Assembly: GCA_964417685.1 (NCBI GenBank)
Contig: CAYQIT010000001.1
Coordinates: forward strand, 145,157 to 209,156
From: an uncultured Gammaproteobacteria bacterium
GTDB lineage: Bacteria > Pseudomonadota > Gammaproteobacteria > Magnimaribacterales > D2472
DNA length: 64,000 nucleotides
Direction of reading: 5' to 3'
Below the pieces are notes generated by a model. It worked only from the letters and a program-made list of their open reading frames with translations. It was not told the origin of the DNA and ran no database searches. Position numbers and translations under genes: made by a program. Below, in pieces: positions 17,816-28,885 of this stretch; within the stretch, counting starts at the first letter, position 1, and the number at the start of each line of letters is the position of its first letter.

Positions 17816-19063
17816 TTATATAGAAATTACTTTCTTACCCATAAATTTCTGTAAGACCTCTGGAATATGGATTGAGTTAGTGTCTTGACTGTAATTGTTT
17901 TCGATAATTGCTATCAAGGTTCTACCAACTGCTAGAGCAGATCCATTGATTGTATTAGCTAGAACTTTACCCTGTTCTTTCTTGATTTTTATGTTTGATC
18001 TTCTTGCTTGAAAATCACTAAAATTAGAACAAGATGATATTTCTCTATACTTGTTTTGACTCGGCATCCATACCTCAATATCAAAAGTTTTAGATGCGCT
18101 AAATCCTAGATCTCCGGTACATAATTCAATAACTTGATATGGTAAATTTAATTTTTGAAGAATTTCTTCAGCATGTCCTAATAAAACATTAAGGTCATCA
18201 AGCGAGGTATTGGGATCACAAACTTGAACTAATTCAATCTTTTCAAATTGATGTTGTCTGATCAAACCCTTAGTATCCTTGCCATAACTTCCTGCTTCAG
18301 ACCTAAAGCACGGAGTATGTGAAGTTACTTTGATAGGTACATCTTCTTTATTGAGAATTTTGTTTCTAAATAAATTTGTAAGTGGTACTTCTGCAGTTGG
18401 TATCAGATACAGAGAGTCTGTGGTTTTAAATAAATCATCTTCAAACTTAGGCAATTGTCCTGTCCCTTTTAAAGATTCTGTATTTGCCATATATGGAAGG
18501 TAATACTCTTCATAGCCATTTGCTGTGGCATTATCCATCATAAAGTTTATCAATGCTCTTTGAAGCTTAGATATGTCGCCACGAAGAACGGAGAATCTTG
18601 AACCTGATAAGCTTGCTGCTAAGTCTGTGTCTATATCAGTTGTAATTTCTAAATGGTCTTTAGTATTGGTGGATATAATATCTCCAATTTTTTTTATGAC
18701 AACATTGTCATCTTCATTATTCCCAACAGGAACATCTGATCTTGGGATATTAGGTATATCAAGTAAAAAATTATTTATATCTGTTAATAGGTTTTGTAAT
18801 TTATCATCTTTAACTTTAAGGTCAGAATTAACTTTATCAACTTGTGATTTAAGATCATTAACATTTTGACCACTGGCCTTGGCCTTACCAAATTCAGCTG
18901 ATAGATTTTTTCTTTGAGATTGAAGCTGCTCTACTTCAACCTGCAGAACCTTCCTAATTTCATCAAGTTCTTCAAAATACGCAATATTAAGATCGTAGCC
19001 TCTTGATTTAAGTCTGTCTCTTACCTCATTAGGAGTATCTCTTAAAAGCTTTACATCAATCAT
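17816..19063 (-). CDS. serS: seryl-tRNA synthetase
   Basis: N-terminal coiled-coil arm and class II motifs (..PCFRSEAGSYGKDTKGLIRQHQFEKIE.., GSALAVGRTLIAIIEN). Confidence 0.95.
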   Translation of the reverse strand: MIDVKLLRDTPNEVRDRLKSRGYDLNIAYFEELDEIRKVLQVEVEQLQSQRKNLSAEFGKAKASGQNVNDLKSQVDKVNSDLKVKDDKLQNLLTDINNFLLDIPNIPRSDVPVGNNEDDNVVIKKIGDIISTNTKDHLEITTDIDTDLAASLSGSRFSVLRGDISKLQRALINFMMDNATANGYEEYYLPYMANTESLKGTGQLPKFEDDLFKTTDSLYLIPTAEVPLTNLFRNKILNKEDVPIKVTSHTPCFRSEAGSYGKDTKGLIRQHQFEKIELVQVCDPNTSLDDLNVLLGHAEEILQKLNLPYQVIELCTGDLGFSASKTFDIEVWMPSQNKYREISSCSNFSDFQARRSNIKIKKEQGKVLANTINGSALAVGRTLIAIIENNYSQDTNSIHIPEVLQKFMGKKVISI

Positions 19064-19420
19064 TTATCTACCAAGTATTAAACCTACATATGTTGCAGCC
19101 AGTGTGAATGCAATAGTCGATATTATATATAAGAAACCTATAAATGGCTGATTAGATGAAAACAATTCCAAAGTCTGATTAGAAAATGCAGACATGGTTG
19201 TGAAAGAGCCTAAAAAACCTATTACAAAAAAATTATTAATGAAGTCCTTTGAATTTAACCCAGATGCAATGATATAACCAACTATAAAACACCCTATTAG
19301 GTTTACTGTAAAGGTAGCAAAAGGAAAAGCAGAGTCATCAAACTCAGATACTACAATTGAAAAAAAATAACGAGTGATAGCCCCCAAACCACCACCAACT
19401 CCAATTAGAAGAATGTTCAT
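19064..19420 (-). CDS. crcB: fluoride ion channel CrcB/FluC
   Basis: 118 aa with four TM helices, GGGLGAITRY and GFLGSFTTMSAF motifs. Its stop abuts the serS ATG. Confidence 0.85.
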   Translation of the reverse strand: MNILLIGVGGGLGAITRYFFSIVVSEFDDSAFPFATFTVNLIGCFIVGYIIASGLNSKDFINNFFVIGFLGSFTTMSAFSNQTLELFSSNQPFIGFLYIISTIAFTLAATYVGLILGR

Positions 19421-19908
19421 CTCTTAACCTTATTAAAAGTTATTGTGTTTAACACATTTAAGTTATCTAAATACATAATTGAAAAAGATTTTTCTGTTAT
19501 ATCCTTCAATATAATAGATTGGGAAGAGTTTTTAACCTTAAAAACTTTATCATTTAATTCTTTTAAATCTCCATCTTTAAAACCATTTTTTAAAATAGAT
19601 ATGAGATCATTATTTGGAAGAGATGCTATCTCATAAGATGATTCTTGATCAAAATCTTTATCGATAATTTTGATATTAATATTATCGATAATATATTGTT
19701 CTCTAAAAGGCTCATCTACGTTAACTGTTATAAGCTCAGATTGTCTTATGATGTTTCCGTTTGAGATAACCGATTTCGTTAAAGAATCATTAGTTGATGT
19801 ATGAATAAAATTAACATCTTCACTAAATAACAAATTATTTACATCTGTTAAAAAAGAAGCTTGAAGATTTCCAAAAAGAAGGAAAATTAAAAAAATCTTC
19901 TTATGCAT
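19417..19908 (-). CDS. LolA-like periplasmic protein (putative outer-membrane lipoprotein carrier)
   Basis: Signal peptide, 163 aa. It occupies the lolA slot immediately downstream of ftsK, as in enterobacterial ftsK-lolA-rarA-serS. Only weak sequence resemblance is visible by eye. Confidence 0.4.
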   Translation of the reverse strand: MHKKIFLIFLLFGNLQASFLTDVNNLLFSEDVNFIHTSTNDSLTKSVISNGNIIRQSELITVNVDEPFREQYIIDNINIKIIDKDFDQESSYEIASLPNNDLISILKNGFKDGDLKELNDKVFKVKNSSQSIILKDITEKSFSIMYLDNLNVLNTITFNKVKR

Positions 19909-19915
19909 TTAGTAT

Positions 19916-22207
19916 CTACCTTTTAGGAACTAGTACTTCTCTTGACCCATTTGAACTCATTTCAGATACAAGACCAGCCTCTTCCATAGCCTCAATCAGT
20001 CTTGCTGCTCTGTTATAACCAATTCTCAATTTTCTTTGAACTGCAGATATTGATGCCCTTCTTGATTCAATCACAAAGTTTACTGCCTCGTCATACAATT
20101 CATCAGAATCCTCAGTAGAGCCACCAGAACTATCTGAACCACTCCAGCCTGGAATTGGTCCAGTGTCTTGAGCATCATTAACAATACTATCAATATAATC
20201 TGGCTCAGCTCTAGATTTCCAATCATCAACAACTCTATGAACTTCATCATCACCTACAAATGCTCCATGCACTCTTATTGGAACACCAACACCTGGAGGT
20301 AAATACAACATATCACCATATCCAAGAAGTTGTTCAGCTCCACCTTGATCAATAATTGTTCTAGAATCAATTTTTGAGGAAACCTGAAAACCTATTCTAG
20401 TTGGAATGTTTGCCTTTATGAGACCTGTTATAACATCAACAGAAGGTCTTTGAGTTGCAAGTATAAGATGGATACCAGCAGCTCTTGCCTTTTGTGCAAT
20501 TCTTGCAATTAAGTGCTCAACTTTCTTTCCAACCAACATCATCATGTCTGCAAATTCATCCACAACAACAACTATAGATGGAAGTTCTTCCAAGTATTCT
20601 TCTTGTCCTTCTAGCAATGGATTCAGTATTTGTTTTCCATTATCGGCAGCCTCTTTAATTTTTTTATTAAAACCTGCAAGGTTTCTGACTCCCATTAAAG
20701 ACATTAATTTGTATCTTCTATCCATTTCAACTACACACCAACGCAAACCATTTGAAGCATTAGTCATATCAGTAATTACAGGTGTTAGTAGGTGAGGAAT
20801 GCCGTCATAAACTGAAAGTTCAAGCATTTTTGGATCAATTAAAATCAACCTTACATCCTTTGGGTCAGATTTGAATAGCAAGCTTAATAACATGGCGTTT
20901 ACACCAACAGATTTACCAGAACCAGTTGTACCAGCAACAAGTAAATGTGGCATTTTTGCAAGATCAACAACTACAGGTTTACCTGCGATATCGTGTCCAA
21001 GTGCTAAGGTTAGGTTAGATGTGGAGGTCTTAAAAGCATTCGATGAAAGAATTTCTGTAAGCCTAACCATTTTTCTATTGGTATTAGGTATTTCAATACC
21101 AACAACTGACTTACCCTCAATTACCTCAACAACTCTTACAGAACTTACTGATAATGATCTTGCTATATCTTGAGCGATGTTTGTAATTTTACTTGCTTTA
21201 GTTCCAGGTGCAGGTTGTATTTCAAATCGTGTAACAACTGGTCCAGGAAGAACAGTCTCTACCGAAGCCTCTATTCCAAACTCTTCAAGTTTTGTTTCTA
21301 ATAAAAGGGCTAATTCATTTAATTCTGCTTCTGATAAAGAAGACCCATCATCAAGGGCTCTATCTAATAATTGAGTACTTGGCATCTTTGTTTTCTTTTC
21401 AGCAGTATTGAATTGATCCTGAGCTGGGGCATCGACTTCTTTTAACTTTGTTTCAGTTTTAATCTCTTGCTGTTTTGAAGGAATTTGTTCTTGTTTATTA
21501 TTTTCAAATAGAATTTTTTTAGATTTTGTTTCTTTTTTAGACTTAACCTTTTTAGCCTCTCTTGCATCATTAAGTGAAATCACTAAATTTTTAAGATAAT
21601 CAATTAGTTTAAGTACGTTTAATTTTAAATAATTAACTATGGATTTGCTTATAGATAACAATGATGAAGAGATCATTAATATTAATTCTCCAAGCTTTTG
21701 CAATGCAATTAACCAAGAAAAACTAAATGCATTTGCAGATGATGGAATTATGAATAAAACAAAAAATATTAATGCGCCAACAGCTCCAATACTTGAAGAT
21801 AAAAATTGAAACAGGATCTTCCCTGTGACACCACCTGCTATACCTGAATTATAAAATTCTAAAATAGAAGAGATGCTTAACAAAAGAATTATTGAGCTTG
21901 TTAACCTAACAATAACTTTTGCTAATGAATTGTACTTGTTCTTAAATAAAATAATTTGTCCCGACCAGATACAACCTATTATTAATAGGCCATAAGAAGA
22001 ATAACCAAAAAGAGTAAATAGAAAATCTGATATTTTTGCTCCTAGAGGACCTCCTAAATTAATAACTGCATCTGAAGAATTGGTATTAAAAAATCCTGAG
22101 TCAGATGGATTATAAGAAACAAGAACAATAAGAATGTATAAAGATAAGCCTATTAAGAAATAACTAAAAAAATTTAAAAGCGTGTTTTTAATATATGGTG
22201 TAAGCAT
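19916..22207 (-). CDS. ftsK: DNA translocase FtsK
   Basis: N-terminal TM helices and a Lys/Glu-rich linker. Motor domain with Walker A GTTGSGKS and [11 protein letters not shown]-terminal gamma winged helix ([20 protein letters not shown]). Confidence 0.95.
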   Translation of the reverse strand: MLTPYIKNTLLNFFSYFLIGLSLYILIVLVSYNPSDSGFFNTNSSDAVINLGGPLGAKISDFLFTLFGYSSYGLLIIGCIWSGQIILFKNKYNSLAKVIVRLTSSIILLLSISSILEFYNSGIAGGVTGKILFQFLSSSIGAVGALIFFVLFIIPSSANAFSFSWLIALQKLGELILMISSSLLSISKSIVNYLKLNVLKLIDYLKNLVISLNDAREAKKVKSKKETKSKKILFENNKQEQIPSKQQEIKTETKLKEVDAPAQDQFNTAEKKTKMPSTQLLDRALDDGSSLSEAELNELALLLETKLEEFGIEASVETVLPGPVVTRFEIQPAPGTKASKITNIAQDIARSLSVSSVRVVEVIEGKSVVGIEIPNTNRKMVRLTEILSSNAFKTSTSNLTLALGHDIAGKPVVVDLAKMPHLLVAGTTGSGKSVGVNAMLLSLLFKSDPKDVRLILIDPKMLELSVYDGIPHLLTPVITDMTNASNGLRWCVVEMDRRYKLMSLMGVRNLAGFNKKIKEAADNGKQILNPLLEGQEEYLEELPSIVVVVDEFADMMMLVGKKVEHLIARIAQKARAAGIHLILATQRPSVDVITGLIKANIPTRIGFQVSSKIDSRTIIDQGGAEQLLGYGDMLYLPPGVGVPIRVHGAFVGDDEVHRVVDDWKSRAEPDYIDSIVNDAQDTGPIPGWSGSDSSGGSTEDSDELYDEAVNFVIESRRASISAVQRKLRIGYNRAARLIEAMEEAGLVSEMSSNGSREVLVPKR

Positions 22208-22264
22208 TTTTTGTAGATAATTTCCAAGTATTTTAAATTATAACCATTTATCAATCACATTTAA

Positions 22265-23224
<960 letters not shown>

Positions 23225-23227
23225 CTA

Positions 23228-24211
23228 ATGAATTATTCTGCATATCAAGTAGTTGAAACTGAAAATGGTTTTGAAGGATCAATTACTCAATTAGAAAAAC
23301 CGAAACTAGAAGATGGTAAAGTTCTTATTAAGGTTCATTTTTCATCATTAAATTATAAAGATGCTCTTGCAGCTACTGGTGTAAAAGGTATTGTTAAAGA
23401 ATATCCATTTACACCTGGTATTGACTCTGCCGGTGAAGTGATTGAAAGCAAATCAGATTTTTTCCATGAAGGTGACATGGTAGTTGTTACTGGCTACAAA
23501 ATGGGTATGTCTGTTAATGGTGGTTTTGGTAAAATTATTAATGTTCCTGAAAACTGGATAGTCAAAATTCCATCTGACTTATCATTACTCCAAGTTATGG
23601 AGATCGGAACAGCTGGGCTTACAGCCGCAGCTTGTGTGAAAAAGCTTCTTGAGGCGAACGTAAAAAATGATCTTCCTATTTTAGTATCTGGAGCAACAGG
23701 TGGCGTTGGTTCTGTAGCGACAAACATACTAAATAAGTTAAACTTTGAGGTCCATGCTCTTACAGGCAAAGCTTCTGAAAATAATGTGCTAACAGAAATG
23801 GGAGCAAAAGAAATTATTGATAGAAATGCTTTTATGGAATCAGGTATCAGGCCACTAGACAAAGCCATTTATGCAGGTGGGATTGATACAGTTGGAGGTG
23901 ATGTTTTATCCAAAATGTTATCCATGATAAATAATGGAGGAGCTGTATCTTGTTGTGGTAATGTTGCAGGTGCAAAATTTACATCATCGGTTTTTCCTTT
24001 TATTTTACGTGGCGTATCATTGTTTGGTATTGATTCAGCTGAGTCAGATATTGAATTAAAAAAAGAATTATGGGGATTATTATCCTCTGATTGGTTTGTT
24101 TCATTAAGCAAACAATCTAGGATTGTTGAATTAAAAGATATAGAGCCTGAAATCTCTAGAATCTTGGAAGGAAAGCAAATAGGTAGAGTTGTTATTAAAC
24201 ATGGAGAATGA
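23228..24211 (+). CDS. acuI: acrylyl-CoA reductase / YhdH-type MDR oxidoreductase
   Basis: HFSSLNYKDALAATG..PFTPGIDSAGEV and GATGGVGS match the YhdH/AcuI subfamily of medium-chain reductases. Confidence 0.75.
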   Translation: MNYSAYQVVETENGFEGSITQLEKPKLEDGKVLIKVHFSSLNYKDALAATGVKGIVKEYPFTPGIDSAGEVIESKSDFFHEGDMVVVTGYKMGMSVNGGFGKIINVPENWIVKIPSDLSLLQVMEIGTAGLTAAACVKKLLEANVKNDLPILVSGATGGVGSVATNILNKLNFEVHALTGKASENNVLTEMGAKEIIDRNAFMESGIRPLDKAIYAGGIDTVGGDVLSKMLSMINNGGAVSCCGNVAGAKFTSSVFPFILRGVSLFGIDSAESDIELKKELWGLLSSDWFVSLSKQSRIVELKDIEPEISRILEGKQIGRVVIKHGE

Positions 24212-24213
24212 AT

Positions 24214-24345
24214 ATGAGTGATGATTTTGAAAAATATTATGAGAACAAAGAAGCTAATGATGATAGCAAATCAGATGCAAAAGTAATTACTTTTTTAATT
24301 ATAGTACTGGTTATAGCTGCTACATTCTGGGTTGCAAATCAATAA
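24214..24345 (+). CDS. small tail-anchored membrane protein (43 aa), hypothetical
   Basis: MSDDFEKYYENKEANDDSKSDAKVITFLIIVLVIAATFWVANQ*. It starts 2 nt after the acuI stop and is below the track cutoff. Confidence 0.3.
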   Translation: MSDDFEKYYENKEANDDSKSDAKVITFLIIVLVIAATFWVANQ

Positions 24346-24346
24346 A

Positions 24347-25117
24347 TTATTGCGCACCCATTCTCATTGCAGAATCTAATCTGATTGTTTCTCCATTGAG
24401 ATAACTATTCTCTACTATATGGCCAGCTAACTGACCAAACTCTTTTGTTTTACCAAACCTATGAGGGAATTGCGTAGTTTCCAATAAGGCTTTTTTATTT
24501 TCTTCTTTTGCTAAACTCATTAATGGTGTATCAAAAATTCCTGGAGCAATTGTACATACTCTAATACCATGTCTTGCTAAGTCTCTAGCTGCAGTCAAGG
24601 TTAAACCAATAACCCCTGCTTTAGATGCACTATATGCACTTTGACCAATTTGACCTTCATACCCTGCTATTGAAGCAGTATTTATAATCACTCCTTTCTC
24701 TCCCTCTTGATCAGGATCATTCTCATCAATTAGTTCTGCACATAATCTCATTACATTAAAGGTACCTACAAGATTAAGGTCAATAATAAATTTAAATATA
24801 TCCAGGGGATGTGGGCCTTTTTTTCCAAGAATTCTTGCTCCATATCCAGTACCAGCACAATTAACAACAAAATTTAATTTACCGAATGTATCTTTTATTG
24901 TTTTTACTGTTTCTATTACTGATTCCTCTTCCATAACATTGGTTTTAATATAAGAAACATTATCAGCACCAAGTAAATCAATAACTTCTGCAGCTTTTTC
25001 ATCATTAATATCCAAAATTGCTACCTTTGCTCCATTGGATACGAAGTGCTCTACAGCTGCCCTTCCTAATCCAGATGCGCCACCCGTTACTGCCGCTACA
25101 TTATTATTTATTTCCAT
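24347..25117 (-). CDS. short-chain dehydrogenase, 3-hydroxyacyl-CoA dehydrogenase type-2-like
   Basis: AAVTGGASGLGRA cofactor motif, catalytic YSASK, and overall HSD10/FadB2-like pattern. Confidence 0.8.
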   Translation of the reverse strand: MEINNNVAAVTGGASGLGRAAVEHFVSNGAKVAILDINDEKAAEVIDLLGADNVSYIKTNVMEEESVIETVKTIKDTFGKLNFVVNCAGTGYGARILGKKGPHPLDIFKFIIDLNLVGTFNVMRLCAELIDENDPDQEGEKGVIINTASIAGYEGQIGQSAYSASKAGVIGLTLTAARDLARHGIRVCTIAPGIFDTPLMSLAKEENKKALLETTQFPHRFGKTKEFGQLAGHIVENSYLNGETIRLDSAMRMGAQ

Positions 25118-25183
25118 ATCAAACCTCAGTTTTATTATTTAAATCATTATATATAAATATCATATTGATGAAATCATTAGTTT

Positions 25184-25200
25184 TGGCATAAAAGTTGCAT
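25184..25200 (+). promoter_or_regulatory. sigma-54 (-24/-12) promoter for the porin-glnK-amtB operon
   Basis: TGGCATAAAAGTTGCAT has GG at 25185-86 and GC at 25197-98, which is the canonical spacing. It lies ~46 nt upstream of the ATG at 25246 and is followed by an AAGGAG SD. Confidence 0.7.
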
Positions 25201-25245
25201 TATGTGTAAGTGAACATTAATTATTTTCATATTAAGGAGTAAAAA

Positions 25246-25836
25246 ATGAAAAAATTATTATTACTTGTAGGTCTAATTTCATTACCTACTTTCGCTAGTG
25301 TTAGTGCAAATGTTAGTTTTGCATCTGACTATATTTGGAGAGGAATGACTCAATCTGATGGTCCAGCTATTCAAGGTGGTTTTGACTATGAGGCTGAAAG
25401 TGGTTTCTATGCTGGTATTTGGGGTTCAAATGTGAACTTTAATGACGGTGCAGGTAGTGAGCTTGATTACTACTTTGGATATGGCTTTGAGTTAGGTAGT
25501 GTTGGTGTTGATTTAGGATATGTTGCATTTGATTATCCTGATAACACAGAAGGATTAGACTTTGAAGAAATTGTAGTTGGTTTAAGCTATGGTGACTTAG
25601 GTCTTACTTTTGCACTAGGTCAAGATGGAGCTCCTGACTATACAGAAGTTGCATATTCAGTAGCTGGTATTGATTTTGCTTATGGTGAATATGACGAATA
25701 TGGAAATAATTTCATTATTTCAAAAGGTTTTACATGTGGCTCATATGATTGTGCAGTTGCATACACAGATTTTTCCGATGATGGATACGGCGCCGATGAA
25801 GACGCATTAGTATTCTCAGTATCTGCTAGTCTCTAA
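25246..25836 (+). CDS. TorF-like / TIGR02001-type putative outer-membrane porin
   Basis: Signal peptide, then ANVSFASDYIWRGMTQSDG.PAIQGGFDY and Gly/aromatic-rich beta-strand repeats. It occupies the typical position upstream of glnK-amtB. Confidence 0.7.
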   Translation: MKKLLLLVGLISLPTFASVSANVSFASDYIWRGMTQSDGPAIQGGFDYEAESGFYAGIWGSNVNFNDGAGSELDYYFGYGFELGSVGVDLGYVAFDYPDNTEGLDFEEIVVGLSYGDLGLTFALGQDGAPDYTEVAYSVAGIDFAYGEYDEYGNNFIISKGFTCGSYDCAVAYTDFSDDGYGADEDALVFSVSASL

Positions 25837-25845
25837 TATTCATAA

Positions 25846-26196
<351 letters not shown>

Positions 26197-26206
26197 GGAG
26201 TAAATA

Positions 26207-27439
26207 ATGGAAATTGCATTCGCATTAGATACATTTTATGCCGTAATGGCTGGAGCTCTTGTCATGTTTATGGCTGCTGGTTTTACCATGCTTGAAGCAG
26301 GACTTGTTCAAAAGAAAGATGTATCTGAAATCGTAACGAAAAATATAGGTCTATATTCTATAGCTTGTATTATGTACTTAGTATGTGGGTTTGTTTTAAT
26401 GTACCCAAGTGATGCTTTACTTGATGGAATAATTCCTTCAATAGGAACATCTTTAGGACTATCAACATCATTACCCAATGAAGAAATTGGTATTCCTTAT
26501 GGAATGGATTACTCTCAACAAGCAGATTTCTTCTTTCAGGTGGTCTTTGTAGCAACTGCTATGTCAATTGTTTCAGGAGCTGTCGCTGGTAGAATGAAGT
26601 TAGTACCTTTCTTCTTATTTGCTGTTGTCCTAACAGGTTTCATCTATCCTATCCAAGGATATTGGAACTGGGGTGGTGGTTTCTTAAGTGAACTAGGTTA
26701 CTCAGATTACGCAGGTTCAGGTACAGTGCATTTATGTGGTGCTGCTGCAGCTTTAGCGGTAGCTTTAGTTTTGGGACCTAGAAAAGGCAAATATGCTGAT
26801 GATGGATCATCTCTACCAATGCCAGGATCAAATATACCAATGGCTGCATTAGGTGTATGGATATTATGGTTAGGTTGGTTTGGATTTAATGGTGGTTCAG
26901 AGCTTATAGTAAGTACAGAAGCTTCAGCAATTGCTGTTAGTCAAGTTTTCCTTAATACAAACATGGCTGCATCAGGTGGTGTTGTTGCCGCAATTCTTAT
27001 TAGTTTAATCAGAACAGGTAAGATGGACGTAACAATGGCTATGAATGGCGCTATTGCAGGATTAGTTGCAATCACAGCAGGCCCTAGCGCACCTTCAGCT
27101 GGAGCAGCTGTTTTAATCGGTGCTGCTGGTGGAGCTCTTGTGTACTTCTCTATTCTATTCTTTGATAATAAATTAAAGATAGATGATCCAGTAGGAGCTA
27201 TATCAGCCCACGGTATTGTAGGTATTTTAGGTGTAATGGTTGTGCCATTAACATCTGATGCATCTTTCTTCTCTCAGTTTATTGGTGTTATTTCAATTGC
27301 AGGATTTACATTTGTTGCTAGTTTAATAGCCATATCTGTTATCAATGCAGTACTACCAATACGAGCAAGTGATGAAGATCAATACGTTGGATTGGATGTT
27401 TCTGAGATAGGTGTGGAAGCTTATCCAGAATTTAAATAA
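26207..27439 (+). CDS. amtB: ammonium transporter (Amt family, no cleavable signal peptide)
   Basis: 410 aa with 11-12 TM helices. Amt signatures DYAGSGTVHL.GAAAAL, WLGWFGFNGGS and AHGIVGILG. It lies immediately after glnK. Confidence 0.9.
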   Translation: MEIAFALDTFYAVMAGALVMFMAAGFTMLEAGLVQKKDVSEIVTKNIGLYSIACIMYLVCGFVLMYPSDALLDGIIPSIGTSLGLSTSLPNEEIGIPYGMDYSQQADFFFQVVFVATAMSIVSGAVAGRMKLVPFFLFAVVLTGFIYPIQGYWNWGGGFLSELGYSDYAGSGTVHLCGAAAALAVALVLGPRKGKYADDGSSLPMPGSNIPMAALGVWILWLGWFGFNGGSELIVSTEASAIAVSQVFLNTNMAASGGVVAAILISLIRTGKMDVTMAMNGAIAGLVAITAGPSAPSAGAAVLIGAAGGALVYFSILFFDNKLKIDDPVGAISAHGIVGILGVMVVPLTSDASFFSQFIGVISIAGFTFVASLIAISVINAVLPIRASDEDQYVGLDVSEIGVEAYPEFK

Positions 27440-27491
27440 TTTTTTATAAGGCTTACGTTTCCCCCCTATATGTAACTAAGCCTTTCCACAG

Positions 27492-27526
27492 AAAAGAGCT
27501 ATCTCCCTGATAGCTCTTTTCACTTT
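27492..27526 (+). terminator. intrinsic terminator after amtB
   Basis: AAAAGAGCTATC (27492-27503) pairs with GATAGCTCTTTT (27509-27520) around the loop TCCCT, followed by T-rich sequence. A weaker inverted repeat, AAGGCTTA/TAAGCCTT (27448-27484), precedes it. Confidence 0.65.
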
Positions 27527-27561
27527 CTGCACTACTTCTGATCAAATTAATGTAAATATTA

Positions 27562-27578
27562 CGGCATAAAAATTGCAT
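27562..27578 (+). promoter_or_regulatory. sigma-54 (-24/-12) promoter for the second ammonium transporter
   Basis: CGGCATAAAAATTGCAT has GG at 27563-64 and GC at 27575-76. It is nearly identical to the promoter at 25184. An AGGAG SD precedes the ATG at 27608. Confidence 0.7.
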
Positions 27579-27607
27579 GTAATTAGACATTACATATAGG
27601 AGTAATA

Positions 27608-28885
27608 ATGTTTAATCGAAATATAGTTTTTTTACTATTGGCATTCTTTGTGCCAAACACTTTTGCTGGAGCCGATACAGGTGATACAGCATGGATTTTA
27701 ACTTCAACTGCATTGGTGTTATTTATGACACTTCCTGGCTTAGCTTTATTTTATGGTGGCCTTGTAAGAACAAAAAATGTTTTATCAGTTTTAATGCAGT
27801 GCTTTGCAATTGCATGTTTGATATCTGTATGTTGGGTTGTTTACGGTTACAGCCTAGCATTTAAAGGTGATGGTATTTTTATTGGAGATCTTAGTTCATT
27901 ATTTTTAAATAACATAGGTCGAGATTCGCTTTCAGGAACTCTGCCTGAAACAGTTTTTATTACATTCCAAATGACATTTGCAATCATAACTCCTGCACTT
28001 GTAGTTGGTGCTTTTGCTGAAAGAATGAAATTTGGAGCTATGTGCTTATTTTCAATAGCTTGGTTTACTTTAGTTTACCTCCCTGCTTGCCATATGGTCT
28101 GGGGTGGTGGATATTTGGCTAGCAAAGGAGTTATTGACTTTGCGGGAGGCCTTGTGGTTCACGCCACTTGCGGTATTGGAGCATTAGTTATAGCAATATA
28201 TCTAGGTAAAAGAGACGGTTTTCTTGAAAAACCTATGCCGCCACATAATAGAACTATGGTTATGATTGGCGCATCAATGCTTTGGGTGGGATGGTTTGGA
28301 TTCAATGCCGGTAGTGCTGTAGCAGCTGATGGTAATGCCGGAATGGCTATGCTAGTTACACATATTAGTGCAGCTCTTGGCGCGCTAACATGGATGGCAA
28401 TTGAGTGGTTTAAATCAGGAAAAGCCACAATCGTAGGTATTGCTACAGGTATGGTTGCTGGACTAGCAACTATTACACCTGCCTCAGGAACTGTTGGACC
28501 TGCAGGAGCAATGTTAATTGGTGTTTTAGCTGGATCTATTTGTTTCTATGCTACTCAGCTTGTGAAGTCATACTTTAGAGTAGATGACTCGCTAGATGTT
28601 TTCCCAGTTCATGGTGTTGGCGGAATATTAGGAATAATAATGTTAAGCCTTGTTGGAACTCCTGGAGGCTTTTTGGGTAATGGCTCAACAGGATTTGACA
28701 ATACCCCTTTCGATCAACTTTTAATCCAATTAGAAGGAATATTTGTTATTTGTGCATGGACTGGAATAGCAACATACGTAATCTTAAAAACCTTAAATAT
28801 CTTTATTGATATAAGAGTTACAAAAGAGGAAGAAGAGGAAGGGCTAGACGTAAGCCTTCACAACGAACAAGGATATAATTTATAA
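27608..28885 (+). CDS. amtB: ammonium transporter (AmtB-type with signal peptide)
   Basis: 425 aa with the signal peptide ..VPNTFA|GAD. Motifs DTAWILTSTALVLFMT.PGLALFYGG, DFAGGLVVH and WVGWFGFNAGS. Confidence 0.9.
   Translation: MFNRNIVFLLLAFFVPNTFAGADTGDTAWILTSTALVLFMTLPGLALFYGGLVRTKNVLSVLMQCFAIACLISVCWVVYGYSLAFKGDGIFIGDLSSLFLNNIGRDSLSGTLPETVFITFQMTFAIITPALVVGAFAERMKFGAMCLFSIAWFTLVYLPACHMVWGGGYLASKGVIDFAGGLVVHATCGIGALVIAIYLGKRDGFLEKPMPPHNRTMVMIGASMLWVGWFGFNAGSAVAADGNAGMAMLVTHISAALGALTWMAIEWFKSGKATIVGIATGMVAGLATITPASGTVGPAGAMLIGVLAGSICFYATQLVKSYFRVDDSLDVFPVHGVGGILGIIMLSLVGTPGGFLGNGSTGFDNTPFDQLLIQLEGIFVICAWTGIATYVILKTLNIFIDIRVTKEEEEEGLDVSLHNEQGYNL

Noticed and set aside
19064-19908. Search for a fluoride riboswitch upstream of crcB.
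   Set aside because: crcB overlaps the preceding ORF by 4 nt, leaving no non-coding leader, so no riboswitch is possible here.
23494-24111. Two minus-strand ORFs (124 aa and 80 aa) antisense to acuI.
   Set aside because: acuI has strong family motifs on the + strand, and the antisense products are Pro/Ser/Thr-rich with no recognisable features.
25141-25179. Direct repeat AAATCATTA at 25141 and 25171 upstream of the first sigma-54 promoter, with a reverse copy at 40361-40370, considered as an enhancer or IHF site.
   Set aside because: The motif is nearly pure A/T, so chance recurrence is plausible. It does not resemble NtrC or IHF consensus well enough to call.
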